DNA of 64,000 bases, taken from the NCBI RefSeq assembly GCF_006345805.1, contig NC_043004.1, positions 13,888,001 to 13,952,000 of the forward strand, read 5' to 3'. Source of the DNA: Octopus sinensis (Eukaryota). The position numbers and the translations under genes were made by a program. The notes under the pieces were generated by a model. That model did no database searches. It was not told where the DNA came from and worked only from the letters and a program-made list of their open reading frames with translations. Of this stretch, positions 26,480 to 37,729 are shown in pieces (positions within the stretch are counted from its first letter, which is position 1; each line of letters starts with the position of its first letter).

Positions 26480-27240
26480 TTTGTCACACAGTCAGTAATT
26501 TTGGTAGAGAGGGTAAGTTGATTACAGCGTCCCCAGTACTCAACTGGTATTTATTTTATCAACTCCGAAAAGATGAAAGGCAATGTCGACTTTGGTGAAA
26601 TTTGAAATCAGTGTGTAAAGTCAGAAAAATACCGCTAAGCAATTTTTTCAGCATAGTACTGACTATTCCAGCCCATATATTTGTAACTATTTAAATATTA
26701 ATTCCAAATTATGTGGACAATATTTTTTTTTTCTTTCACTATAAAATGCAGAATTACCTTGCCATTTGTTACTTGATTTTAAATTATTTTCTTTAACTGA
26801 CAACCACATTATATGTGGATTCTTTCATATAACTCTTTTACTCTTGTACTTGTTTCAGTCATTTGACTGCATCCATGCTGGAGCACTACCTTTAGTCGAG
26901 CATATCGACCCCATGAATTATTCTTTGTAAGCCTAGAATTTTTTCTATCGGTATCTTTTGCCGAACCGATAAGTTACGGAGACGTAAGCACACCAGCATC
27001 GGTTGTCAAGCGATGTTGGAGGGGACAAACACAGACACAAAAACACACACACGCACATATATATATATACATATATCCGATGATCCAATTTCAGTTTCCG
27101 TCTCCCAAATCCACCCAGAAGGTTCTGGTCGGCCCGAGGCTATAGGAAAAGACACTTGCCCAAGATATCGGGCAGGGAAACTGAACCCGAAACCGTGTAG
27201 GTGGGAAGCATGCTTCTTACCCTATAGCCATGCCTGCGCC
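26480..27240 (-). mobile_element. Degraded SINE A (about 26480-26650) and SINE B (about 26845-27240)
   Basis: Family cores visible on the minus strand. Confidence 0.8.
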
Positions 27241-27659
27241 TGTTGCTCAAACTTACATTTCAAAGAGGCCATTTTTGCTTGTCGTCGAATTGTAATGTAC
27301 GTTTGTAAATGCACTTTCAGAAATTCAGAATTAATTCCCCAGTTATCACAATTTTGGTCAAGTTGTTAATATTCAGTAAAACTAGCATCAGAGACACCCG
27401 AGATATGTTGTGGGACAACCATGATTTTCTGTAACATAGACAACACACATTTTCATTGGCTGTTGTGAATATATTGTTGTCCTTCATTTGTGGATTTACC
27501 ATTTCACTGTATCTTGACTAGGTTACTTCTTTCTTGAATTATCGTAACGACTCGTGTTAAAAGATCGGGCGAAAATTATGACGAAAACATTTGTCGAAAA
27601 AGAAAGAAATTAGAAAGCAAATAAAGACGGCAACAACAACATTGATGATGATGATGAGG

Positions 27660-27698
<39 letters not shown>

Positions 27699-27699
27699 T

Positions 27700-28095
27700 A
27701 ATAATAATCCTTTCTATTATAGGTACAAGACCTAAAATTTAGGGGAAGGGCATAGTCGATTACATCAACCCCAGTACTCAACTGGTACTTAATTTATAGG
27801 CCCCGCAAGGATGAAGGTCGACCTCGGCGGAATATGAATGAGAAGATGGACAAAATGAAACTAGTAATTCAATAATAATAATAATTCCTTCTGCTAGAAG
27901 CACAAGGCTTGAAATTTTGTGGGAGGACTGTAATAGATTACATTGACCCCAGTACTCAACTACTACTTATTTTATTGATCCCTAAAGGATAAGAAGCAAA
28001 GCTGACCAAGATTTCAAGTATTTGAAATCAGGACGGAACGAAATACTGCTGAGCACTTTTCTGCAAAACGTTAACGTCTCAGCCACTTCACCGTT
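27700..28095 (-). mobile_element. Two SINE A copies whose tails run into (AAT)n
   Basis: (aat)n-cctttctattataggtacaag...gtcgattacatcaaccccagt pattern twice. Confidence 0.75.
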
Positions 28096-29089
28096 TTAAC
28101 AAACAAAGCACAAATGAATTTAATTGTGGCGAATAATTTTTTTATTATAGATATCTAAGATCAAATCTTTCTCCAGGAATGAGTCCCACATTTAACATCA
28201 AATTTATTGTAACCACAAATAAGATTTTATAGTTGTACCAACACCCATCCTTTGTGTAAGGATTTTTCTCGTCTGTGGTTTATCTAGAAACCCATAATTC
28301 TGTCTCCAAATCTGCAGTCCCCGGTTAAGATGAAAGGAAACTGGAACACACATATGAAACGAAAGGTATTTTACAAGATATTCTCTGAGGTGTACACAGG
28401 CAGATGTGCGTGACACATATGACGAAATGTCCCTTAAACAGTGCTACAAACGAGTGAGCAGTAAAACAAAAAGTTCCATTGTAAGCAACACAACAGGTAT
28501 TGGATGAAAAAATAATCAGCGGATCGAAAATTTCGAGTATCATACGCCTTCTTGGATATTTCATACACACGCACACGCATACAAATACCCGCACGCGCGT
28601 GCACACACATACTCACACACACATACACACACAAACACATACACATACATACACAAATATTTTTTTACGTCATATGAATTATACAAACGTTCAAGAAAAC
28701 GTGAAATAGTTCTTTTTAGGATATTACATCTGGAGAACATCACACGAAGCTATAAATAATACAACAGAAAACCTTCGACACTTTCTATCTGAAATGGCTT
28801 TCAACCCAATCTTTACATGCTATTATTTATAGCTTTTATGCTGATATGCTCGAGATCCAATGTTCCAAAAGAGAAATATTTCAAGTGTTTCATGTCTTCT
28901 CGAATGTTTAGAAATAACTTAAGATGCCAATAACATAAAATTGTAATAAGTAGAATAAGGATAAAGTTTTTAACAGAGGTCAAGAATTTCGAAGGTTTGC
29001 CTCCGTCTAAAGGCAGAATAACTGTCAGGTCAACAGCAGTTGAGGGTTCTAGCCTTACGAGTAGTCTTCATCTTTTCTTTCCGAAAAAA

Positions 29090-29241
29090 GGCTTTTCAAC
29101 TCAGGACTTATTCTTTGTAAGCCTAGTACTTACTCTGTCGGTCCCTTTTGCAGAACCACAACGTTACGGGTATGTAAACACACCAGCATCGGTTATCAAG
29201 CGATGTTGGGGGTACAAACACAGACACACAAACATACACTG

Positions 29242-29296
<55 letters not shown>

Positions 29297-29462
29297 AACG
29301 ACGAGATACTTTCAGTTTCCGTCTACCAAATCCACTCACAAGGCTTTGTTTGGCCCTAGGCTATAGTTGAAGACACTGAGCCTAGGTGCCACGCAGTGGG
29401 ACTGAAACTGGAACTATGTAGTTCGTAAGCAAGCTACTTACCACACAGCCATTCCTATGCCT
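29090..29462 (-). mobile_element. SINE family B, lacking the extreme 3' tail
   Basis: caggacttattctttgtaagcctagtact...ccacacagccattcctatgccta with internal (CA)n. Confidence 0.85.
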
Positions 29463-29469
29463 ATATATT

Positions 29470-29668
29470 CATCATGTTGAACCATTAATCTCTACACAGT
29501 TTTTTCTCTCTTCGTTTTTTCAACATTTAATTTGTTCTGTCGAAGGGCGCAAGCTCGAAACACCAAAGACTTTTCCATTCTTCTTCACCGAGCGTTAAAC
29601 TAATACACTTACTTGTTGTTCCATCTCCTGTCTGCGTCTTTTGCTTTCTGTAAATTTGAGCTATATAT
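29470..29668 (+). mobile_element. PLE-type terminal repeat related to 22626-22815, with degenerate hammerhead at 29531-29568
   Basis: tt-CTGTCGA-A-GGGC-GCAA-GCTC-GAAA-CACC-aaag followed by acttttcc...gagcgttaaactaatac, matching the reverse complement of the 22.7-kb copies. Confidence 0.6.
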
Positions 29669-29855
29669 AAAAATTGATAGACTGGCAAGACACCAAGAGT
29701 ATGAAAGAGACCTCGATATTATGTAAATAGAGGAATATATATGTAAATGTAATATGTGACAATTATTCGTTAGCCATGATAGAACTCCGGGTTTCGGATG
29801 TCGGGGTGGAAATCAACGCCGATGGCTACTGAATAATTTCACATATTACGCTTAC

Positions 29856-29912
<57 letters not shown>

Positions 29913-29915
<3 letters not shown>

Positions 29916-30150
29916 TATGTAGAAAAATACAAACTGGGACAAGGACGTAAAACATATAGAAGACGATACAAAAAACACGGACGGACATTCGAAGCCTTCA
30001 ATCTTCAGTCAAGATCGCTCCGATCCGGCCAGCCCCAAGGAAAAACTAAGCTATGAGCATTAGATTTCTTGGAAGAAGGATCGAATGTATACGAAACAGG
30101 GACAGAAAAACGGACGATGCCACACGAATATAAAATACAAAAAACAATAT
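29913..30150 (-). mobile_element. Probable PLE-type terminal repeat remnant between (TA)n tracts
   Basis: Bounded by (TA)n; minus strand carries the hammerhead-like remnant CTGAAGA-ttGAAGgCTTC-GAA-TGTC. Confidence 0.4.
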
Positions 30151-30182
30151 ATATATATATACATATATATACATACATTCAT

Positions 30183-30213
<31 letters not shown>

Positions 30214-30214
<1 letters not shown>

Positions 30215-30503
30215 CACCGTGATCACCGTGACCGACCAGGCTATCAGATGTTGCTACACATCGCTGGTCACAATGCGCTTCGCATTGTTCTAGCCTTCAA
30301 ATGACGCCACCCCGCTGGCTAAGCGAGCAGTCCAACAGAAGAAAGAGTGAGAGAAAGTTGTGACGGAAGAGTACAGCAGGGATCATCACCACCCCATGCT
30401 GGAGCCTCGTGGAGCTTTAGGCGTTTACGCTCAATAAACACTCAGAACGCCGGGTCTGGGAATCGAAACCGCGATCCTACGACCGCGAGTCCGCCGCGAG
30501 TCC
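30214..30503 (-). mobile_element. SINE family C-related copy, 5' truncated
   Basis: Shares ggatcgcggtttcgattcccagac...gagtgtttattgagcg...aaagctccacgaggctcc with 47725-47918 and 52866-53150. Confidence 0.85.
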
Positions 30504-30505
30504 AC

Positions 30506-30550
<45 letters not shown>

Positions 30551-30691
30551 ATATATATAATATATAGATTATATATATATATATTATATTAAATTAGAGA
30601 CAAAACCACTATTATGCAAATCAAACAAAGAAAGACTTAATCCAATACATAAATTAATATATATTATTTAAAATTTAACAATTATTAATAT

Positions 30692-30755
30692 CCACTACGA
30701 TCGTTTCATGTCTTCTTTTCATCACATCTTTGAGTAGTAGACATTCTTCAGGTGG
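30692..30755 (-). ncRNA. Minimal type I hammerhead ribozyme, sense to the endonuclease frame
   Basis: ccac-CTGAAGA-ATGTCT-[25 nt]-AGACAT-GAAA-CGATCG-TA-gtgg: 4-bp stem I, 6-bp stem II, palindromic stem III ACGATCGT, GUA cleavage triplet. Confidence 0.88.
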
Positions 30756-30978
30756 TTTCAAAGCAGACTCAATATTCAATAAACCATTAAATATTTATTA
30801 TTCAGTAATAAAATATTTATTAATACAATGAAAAACCATCTATAATCTAACTATAATTAAAAACAACGTAAATAACTAAAATAAATTATTATAATATGTA
30901 CTACAAATCACTTAATATATTTATAATACTAGAACTTAAACCAAAAATAGGGAGCTATTTAAGGCTAATAAAAAATTA

Positions 30979-31683
30979 TTATTTATCAAGAAACTTATTA
31001 TATAAGTAAAGTAACTTGTGTCTGCATTTTATTTTGCGTTCATCACCAGTATTCAGTAAATTATCATGCTTATAAAATAAAATTTCCTTAAACTCATTAG
31101 AGCACAAATAACAAAAATTCGCTCCTATAGTATATGATTTAGTTTTACTAATTATTTCCCAAGATAAATTATAATTAATATTTTGGGATTTAAGTCTCCA
31201 AATGTACTTGCTAAGTCCAGTGGAGTTGAATAAGTTTTTAATTTTAAAAGAATTCAAATGTTGTGCGATTCTTAATTTTATTTTAGAGGAAGTGGACCCT
31301 ATAAATATCGCGTTTGAGTTATTATTATTCTTAAAATTCTTATCATGTAATGTAACTACACATTTATACACTACATCATTAATATCACATTTATTATTTA
31401 ATTTACATTTAGATTTATCTCTACATGTACAGTTAATTAGTGTCTTGTCTTTATTATAGGTATTATTAAATAATTTATTTTTATAAAAATTATTTAGTTT
31501 AAATTTGTTAAAAGAAGAAATGATGTTACCTACACTATTAGTGGTGGAATAACCTACTCCAAAATTATTACTAGAGAAAATGTTTTTATATTTACGATTA
31601 TCTCGAATAAATAGTTCAATAATATCTAAAATCTCTTTAATAATATTCGTTTTAACTTGAGACCATAAGGAACTATTAACCAA
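30979..31683 (-). pseudogene. PLE GIY-YIG endonuclease frame (234 codons, no RT); continues upstream into an Asn-rich linker after a 1-nt frameshift near 31660
   Basis: CTCRDKSKCKLNNKC..DVVYKCVV...FIGSTSSKIKLRIAQHLNSF...NSTGLSKYIWRLK...LSWEII...CYLCSNE...LLN...KCRH matches the PLE C-terminal GIY-YIG domain (VVY/FIG variant, catalytic R and E). The track start codon is TTG. The neighbouring frame upstream reads ...KVNKNKIWLIVPY, the expected IWFNPPY linker. Confidence 0.88.
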
Positions 31684-32004
31684 ATTTTATTCTTATTTAC
31701 CTTCTTATTATTAAAACTGTCATTATTATTGTTGTAATTATATTTCTTTATCATATTAATATTATTACTATTATCAGATTTATATCTATGTACAACATTT
31801 AAAGAATTATTAAAATTATTAATTTTATTTTTATTATTATTATTATTATTATTTTAATTTTTATTTTTATTCTTATTTTTATTTATTTAGGTTCTGTTTT
31901 TAATTATAGTTAGATTATAGATGGTTTTTCATTGTATTAATAAATATTTTATTACTGAATAATAAATATTTAATGGTTTATTGAATATTGAGTCTGATTT
32001 GAAA

Positions 32005-32068
32005 CCACCTGAAGAATGTCTACTACTCAAAGATGTGATGAAAAGAAGACATGAAACGATCGTAGTGG
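32005..32068 (+). ncRNA. Minimal type I hammerhead ribozyme, inverted copy
   Basis: Same motif as 30692-30755: ccac 32005-32008, CTGAAGA 32009-32015, GAAA 32053-32056, predicted cleavage 3' of A32064, gtgg 32065-32068. Confidence 0.88.
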
Positions 32069-32247
32069 ATATTAATAATTGTTAAATTTTAAATAATATA
32101 AATTAATTTATGTATTGGATTAAATCTTTCTTTGTTTGATTTGCATAATAGTGATTTTGTCTCTAATTTAATATAATATAATATTTTGCTATAAAATTGG
32201 ATTCAATCCTAAATCTGATTTTTCCCTGTAAGTTTGGATTTATTCCC

Positions 32248-32317
<70 letters not shown>

Positions 32318-32320
<3 letters not shown>

Positions 32321-32528
32321 GCGTAGGAGTGACTGTATGGTTCCAGGTTCAGTTGTCCTGCGTGGCACCTTGGGCAAGTGTCCTCTACTATATTCTCGAG
32401 CCAACTAAAGCCTTGTGAGTGGATTTAGTAGATGGAAACTGAAAGAATCCCGTCGTATATATGTAACATCAAGCGACGGATAGTAGGACAGGCATATACA
32501 CAAATACGTGCACGCACACACATATATC

Positions 32529-32581
<53 letters not shown>

Positions 32582-32844
32582 TATATAATATATATACATA
32601 CATATATATACATATATATATGTAAAGGCGTAGAAGTGGCTGTGAGGTAAGTAGCTTGCTTACCAACCACATAGTTCCGGGTTCAGTCCTTCTGCGTAGC
32701 ACCTTGGGCAAGTATCTTCTACTCTAGACTCGGGCCGACCAAAGCCGTGTGAGTGGATTTGGTTGACGGAATCTGAAAGAAGCCCGTCGTAGCATGGCTA
32801 CAGTCAAATGACTGAAATAAGTAAAAGAGTATATGTGTATATAA

Positions 32845-32879
<35 letters not shown>

Positions 32880-33250
32880 TTTTATAGGCTGTGCGGTAAG
32901 TCGCTTGCTTACTAACCACATGGTTTCGGTTTCAGTCCCACTGCGTAGCACCTTCGTCAAGTGTTTACTGTAGGTTTGGGCCGACCAAATCCTTGTGAGT
33001 GGATTTGGTAGACGGAAACTGAAAAAAGCCCGTCGTATACATGTATGTGTGTGTATATGTTTGTTTGTTTGTGTTTGTCTCACAACATAAACAATCGATG
33101 GTAGTGTATTTATGTCCTCGTAACTTAGTGGTTCGGCCAAAGAGACCGATAGAATAAGTACTAGGCTTACAAAGAATAAGTCCTGGGGTCGATTTGTTCG
33201 ACTAAAAGGGGTGCTCCAGCATGGCCGCATTCAAATGACTGAAACAAGTA
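32318..33250 (+). mobile_element. Three successive SINE family B copies (about 32318-32460, 32625-32830, 32888-33250) separated by (TA)n
   Basis: The head ggcgtaggagtg/ggcgtagaagtggctgtg/ggctgtgcggtaag appears three times; only the last copy retains the 3' half and tail. Confidence 0.85.
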
Positions 33251-33522
33251 TACGTGTAAAAGAGTAAAAGAGTATGCGTGTGTGTGTGTATTTGTGTGTA
33301 TGTGTGTGTTTATGTGTATGTGCGTGTTTGTACATCACTTTGTGTCTAATTATAAATGTGTCCGTCTACCCCGCTGATAGCAAAAGGGATCAGGGTTACG
33401 TGATTAGATTTAATCGTTAAACTCGGAATGGTAACATACAATATATGTGCAGATCTAGCAAGATTTACAACGCAGTAATGGTCTGCTACGTGTAGGAATA
33501 TCTCTGAATTTCTATGCATATT

Positions 33523-33554
<32 letters not shown>

Positions 33555-34119
33555 ATATCTGTGTGTATGTGTGTTCTGAATACATTTATCCACGTAGATA
33601 TCGGTAAATTCAATCAATAAACATGAAGATCGTTTTTGTGATAAGAGCCGTTGATAAATAGATCTCCTCTCTGTACAATCAGATGTCACATAAAGTCATG
33701 CTTGTAAAAGTCAGATACCCAGAGAAATTCCGGTCGAACGCTTCAGTAACTGATGTCCCTCAAGTTTTAGAATTTGGCACTTGAAACTGCCTGTTGCTTT
33801 TCACTACACGCTTCAACGGAGATATGTTTCAGGCATCTAGAAAGAATTCTTGTGTATATAAATGTATCATATATATGTACGTTGGTTGATTATATGTGCA
33901 ACAATGCATATATCCTTTCTGTGTCAATTCCATATCAACCCTCCTCGCCACATGTATGCATTTACAAACACAGTCATGTCTATATATGCATAAATGTATG
34001 CATTTAGGCATGCCGAAGTGTGTGAGTGTATGTGTTCGTGTGAGTATGGTTATCAGATGTTGGCTTCTGTATAGAAATGCGACTGCATGAATGTATATGG
34101 GTACAAGCTTTTAAACAAG

Positions 34120-34192
<73 letters not shown>

Positions 34193-34200
34193 CTCTATCT
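34120..34200. repeat. (CTAT)n microsatellite
   Basis: Directly visible. Confidence 0.95.
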
Positions 34201-34887
34201 ATTTGTCAGTGTGTCTGCCTGCCTATCTGTATGCCAGTCTCTCTGCTTGCCTGAATGCTTGTTTGTCTATGCATATACACGTTCATTTTATACACATGCT
34301 CATCTATATTACTATATATCTATCCACGTATATAAATATCTATATCTGTATCTCTCTCTCTCTCTGTATGTATGTATTCATAGATGTAGGTATATATCTA
34401 TCTATCTCTCATTCTCTCTCTATATATACACACCATAAATATATATGCTTACATGATACACACATGAAGACATACATACCAGAAACACAATCACACATAC
34501 ACATACGCAAACACAACAAACACACACCTAAATATGCATACATAGGCGAACACATTTACATAAACAGATATATGTGACAGTAGTCATGATGTTGTTAGAC
34601 AACCGGAAATCTCATCATTGAAAAGGAAAAGGAAGTAGGAAGAAATAACGAAAGTGATTAACAACTTGACCTAAGTAATATAAATATGGCGGTTTTATGT
34701 GTGGGTCTTGTTGCAATTTCACAGAAACACCACATATAGTTATACGACTATTGATTCAGTCTATAGGCACCACATACAGCAAGTCACATATCGTTCTTAC
34801 AGACATACACAGGCATGTATTAAGTAGATTCCCACTCTTTGATACATCTCAAAATTTACCGCCTTCCCTCTCTCCCTGTCTTTCTCT

Positions 34888-34889
<2 letters not shown>

Positions 34890-34969
<80 letters not shown>

Positions 34970-35191
34970 TGTGTGTGTGAGTGTGTGTGTGTGGTGTGTG
35001 CGTGTAAAGTGTTATATATATATATATGTATATCTTGTTTCCCAACCACATGGTTCCTGATTCAGTCCCACTGCGTGGCCCTTGGGCAGGTGTCTTCTAC
35101 TAAAGCCTCACGCCGACCAAAGCCTTGTAAGCGAACTTGGTATACGGAAACTGAAAGAAGCCCGTCGAATATGAATATATATATATATATA

Positions 35192-35261
<70 letters not shown>

Positions 35262-35289
35262 AGTGTGTGAGTGTGTGTGTGTGTGTGAG

Positions 35290-35327
<38 letters not shown>

Positions 35328-35480
35328 TTTGTGTGTATTTCTTGTTTCCCAACTACATGGTTCCGGGTTCATACCCACTGCGTGGCACGTTGGGCTGGCA
35401 TCTTCTACCATAGCGTTGGGTCGACGAAAGCCGTGTGAGTGGATCTGGCAGACGGAAGCTGAAAGAAGCCCATCGTATAT
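34890..35480 (+). repeat. (TA)n/(TG)n tracts interleaved with two partial SINE B heads (about 35035-35170 and 35340-35475)
   Basis: cttgtttcccaaccacatggttcc...gaaactgaaagaagcccgtcg appears twice. Confidence 0.8.
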
Positions 35481-35507
35481 TTATATACATATGTGTGTGT
35501 ATGTATA

Positions 35508-36322
35508 CGAGATCTGATCAATAAGTATCTAGACTGTTGCCATAGAAACGAAGCTAAAGCATGCAGAATGTAGCTCCTTGGTAAAAACAAAGTTTTAACG
35601 TCGTAGCTCACTTCCGCCGTTTACAGCATGCTTGGAAAGAACGTCTGTAGTGTGTGATCGTCGCATTCACCATGACAGAGAAAGTTGTCATGGCGATACC
35701 TTCTCAGAGGCCTACACATGGTTGCACAAAGTACATGGAGAGATTTGTATGAGTTGCACACAAGTGTATGAGCGGGTCAGACGTTTCTAAGATGACCAAA
35801 AAAATGTCGATATTGACAAGCATTCTGGGAGAGCTGCAACCAGCAGAACTTGGAAAATCATCAGAAATGTGGGTGCAGCTGTAAGGGGAAATCGTCCAAT
35901 CACCGTCCGTGAATTATCAGATATGCAGATTAGTTAGAGTTCAGTTCAGTCCATTAGCATGGAAGTCCCAAGTCTACGAAGTCTGCGCCAAAACTGCTTC
36001 CAGCTGACCATAACGATCTCCTTTATCGCGTCGAGAACGATAAAAAACCTTTTTTGAAACCTTTGCCCAGGCCTCTGCGCAGTCATCACCAAGGTCTTTG
36101 CAGAATTTGATGCAGATTTTCTGCTCATGGTCAATGCGACGATCACACACTACACACCTTGATTCCAAGCACTGCTGTAAACAGCGGAAGTGAACTGGAA
36201 CGTTAAAATTTAGTGCGCATGCAAAGTATAGTTGAAAGTCAACTTGCGTCAAGCGGCTTTACGCTGTTTGCTTTAGCTTCGTTACTATGGCAACAAACTG
36301 GATATTTATTGTTCAGGCCAAG
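35508..36322. mobile_element. Mariner-derived element formed by two inward-facing 5' ends
   Basis: TA at both flanks (35506-35507 and 36323-36324) and diverged ~55-bp terminal inverted repeats. Plus strand encodes a decayed N-terminal HTH (GDTFSEAYTWLHKVHGE..QVYERVRRF...NRPITVRELS); minus strand encodes HEQKICIKFCKDLGDDCAEAW. Confidence 0.8.
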
Positions 36323-36426
36323 TATATATCCACACGCAAACATATCAATAGAGTAGATGTTTGTATGTCTGTGTACATAAATAAATTCATACACACGCAC
36401 ACATACACACAAATGTATGTATGTAC

Positions 36427-36474
<48 letters not shown>

Positions 36475-36618
36475 GCACAAACATATGTATGTATTTATGT
36501 ACGTTATCTTATTCCTTTTAATTCAGAGTAAATTTTTATCGTCCGAGATATCGTGATCATTTGTAGAGCATGAATTAAGGATTTGCTTCCAACCAGACAG
36601 GTTAACATATGTATACTT

Positions 36619-36727
36619 TGTATGTATGTATGTATGTATGTATGTATGTATGTATGTATGTATGTATGTATGTATGTATGTATGTATGTATGTATGTATG
36701 TATGTATGTATGAATGTATGTATGTAT
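36619..36727. repeat. (TGTA)n microsatellite
   Basis: Directly visible. Confidence 0.95.
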
Positions 36728-36729
36728 GC

Positions 36730-37092
36730 GTGTGCAGATTTCTATGTTTTGTGTATGTATTCTCATGCATATAGTTACATATCTAGACACGTTCGTATAT
36801 ATTTAAAAGAGAAACGTCTGGAAAGTTTTACAGAGTTTTACTGTTCCAGTAATGGATTGGATCTGTAGCCCTCGAATTATCTTTCTCCTTTCTGGTTTTG
36901 TGAAGCCTAATTTCTCAAGATTGGTATTAAGCCAGTGTGTTACATATCCCAGGGCCCTAATAGTTACAGGTGTAAGCCTGAACTTGTAATCTGGATAGAG
37001 TAATTGCAGATTTCTCAATACCGTGATAACATTTTCGGACAACTGCTCATGATGTGGATGATATCTTCATTGTGACCTCCACAAAGTCTGCA
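36730..37092 (-). mobile_element. R4/Dong-type (RLE-class) retrotransposon 3' fragment with internal deletion
   Basis: Minus strand: CCHC knuckle CRLCGGHNEDIIHIMSSCPKMLSRY joined out of frame to LRNLQLLYPDYKFRLTPVTIRALGYV...LQIQSITGTVKLCKTF*. Confidence 0.8.
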
Positions 37093-37238
37093 TCGTGTGT
37101 ACGTGTGCATGTGTTTGAGTGTGTCTGCTGTATATATGTTTTTCAATGCATGCATGTCCTTGCATACGTCTGCTTACATTTGCGTATATATATATATATA
37201 TACATACATATACACACAGAGATACACAGTCACACACA

Positions 37239-37339
<101 letters not shown>

Positions 37340-37729
37340 GTATACGCACATTTAGATTTCAATGTGTATGCTCTGATTGCACTTCCTGGGGCTCTTCGTA
37401 TCCTACTTTCAGGCCTGTATGAACATTATCGGCATAGCGTTTATTTTGTGCGCATTTATGTTGAAAGACGCTTACAAAAATAATTGATATTTCCCCAAAA
37501 AAGAAAAAGAACACACATATTCATATTGCTTGTAAAGAATTCATGAAATTTCTTGTCATTGTGGAAGTGTGTGTATTGATTAAGAAAATTAATTCTTTAG
37601 TCATGTAGATTATAACGTGTCTCTATTTGTAATTCTCTCGCGGGTATGGTGTTTTGTTCTAGAAGCTGAGCTGTATGCTGCTGTCATATCGAAGAGCTCC
37701 TTGGTGAGTGTCTTACTGTACTTGACACT

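Larger units (their letters stand above)
30581..32179 (-). mobile_element. Penelope-like element: GIY-YIG endonuclease region between about 285-bp inverted pseudo-LTRs (30581-30865 and 31895-32179)
   Basis: The arms are reverse complements with about 4 substitutions by eye; the interior encodes a PLE linker plus endonuclease; both arms contain a hammerhead; the left end abuts (TA)n. Confidence 0.92.
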
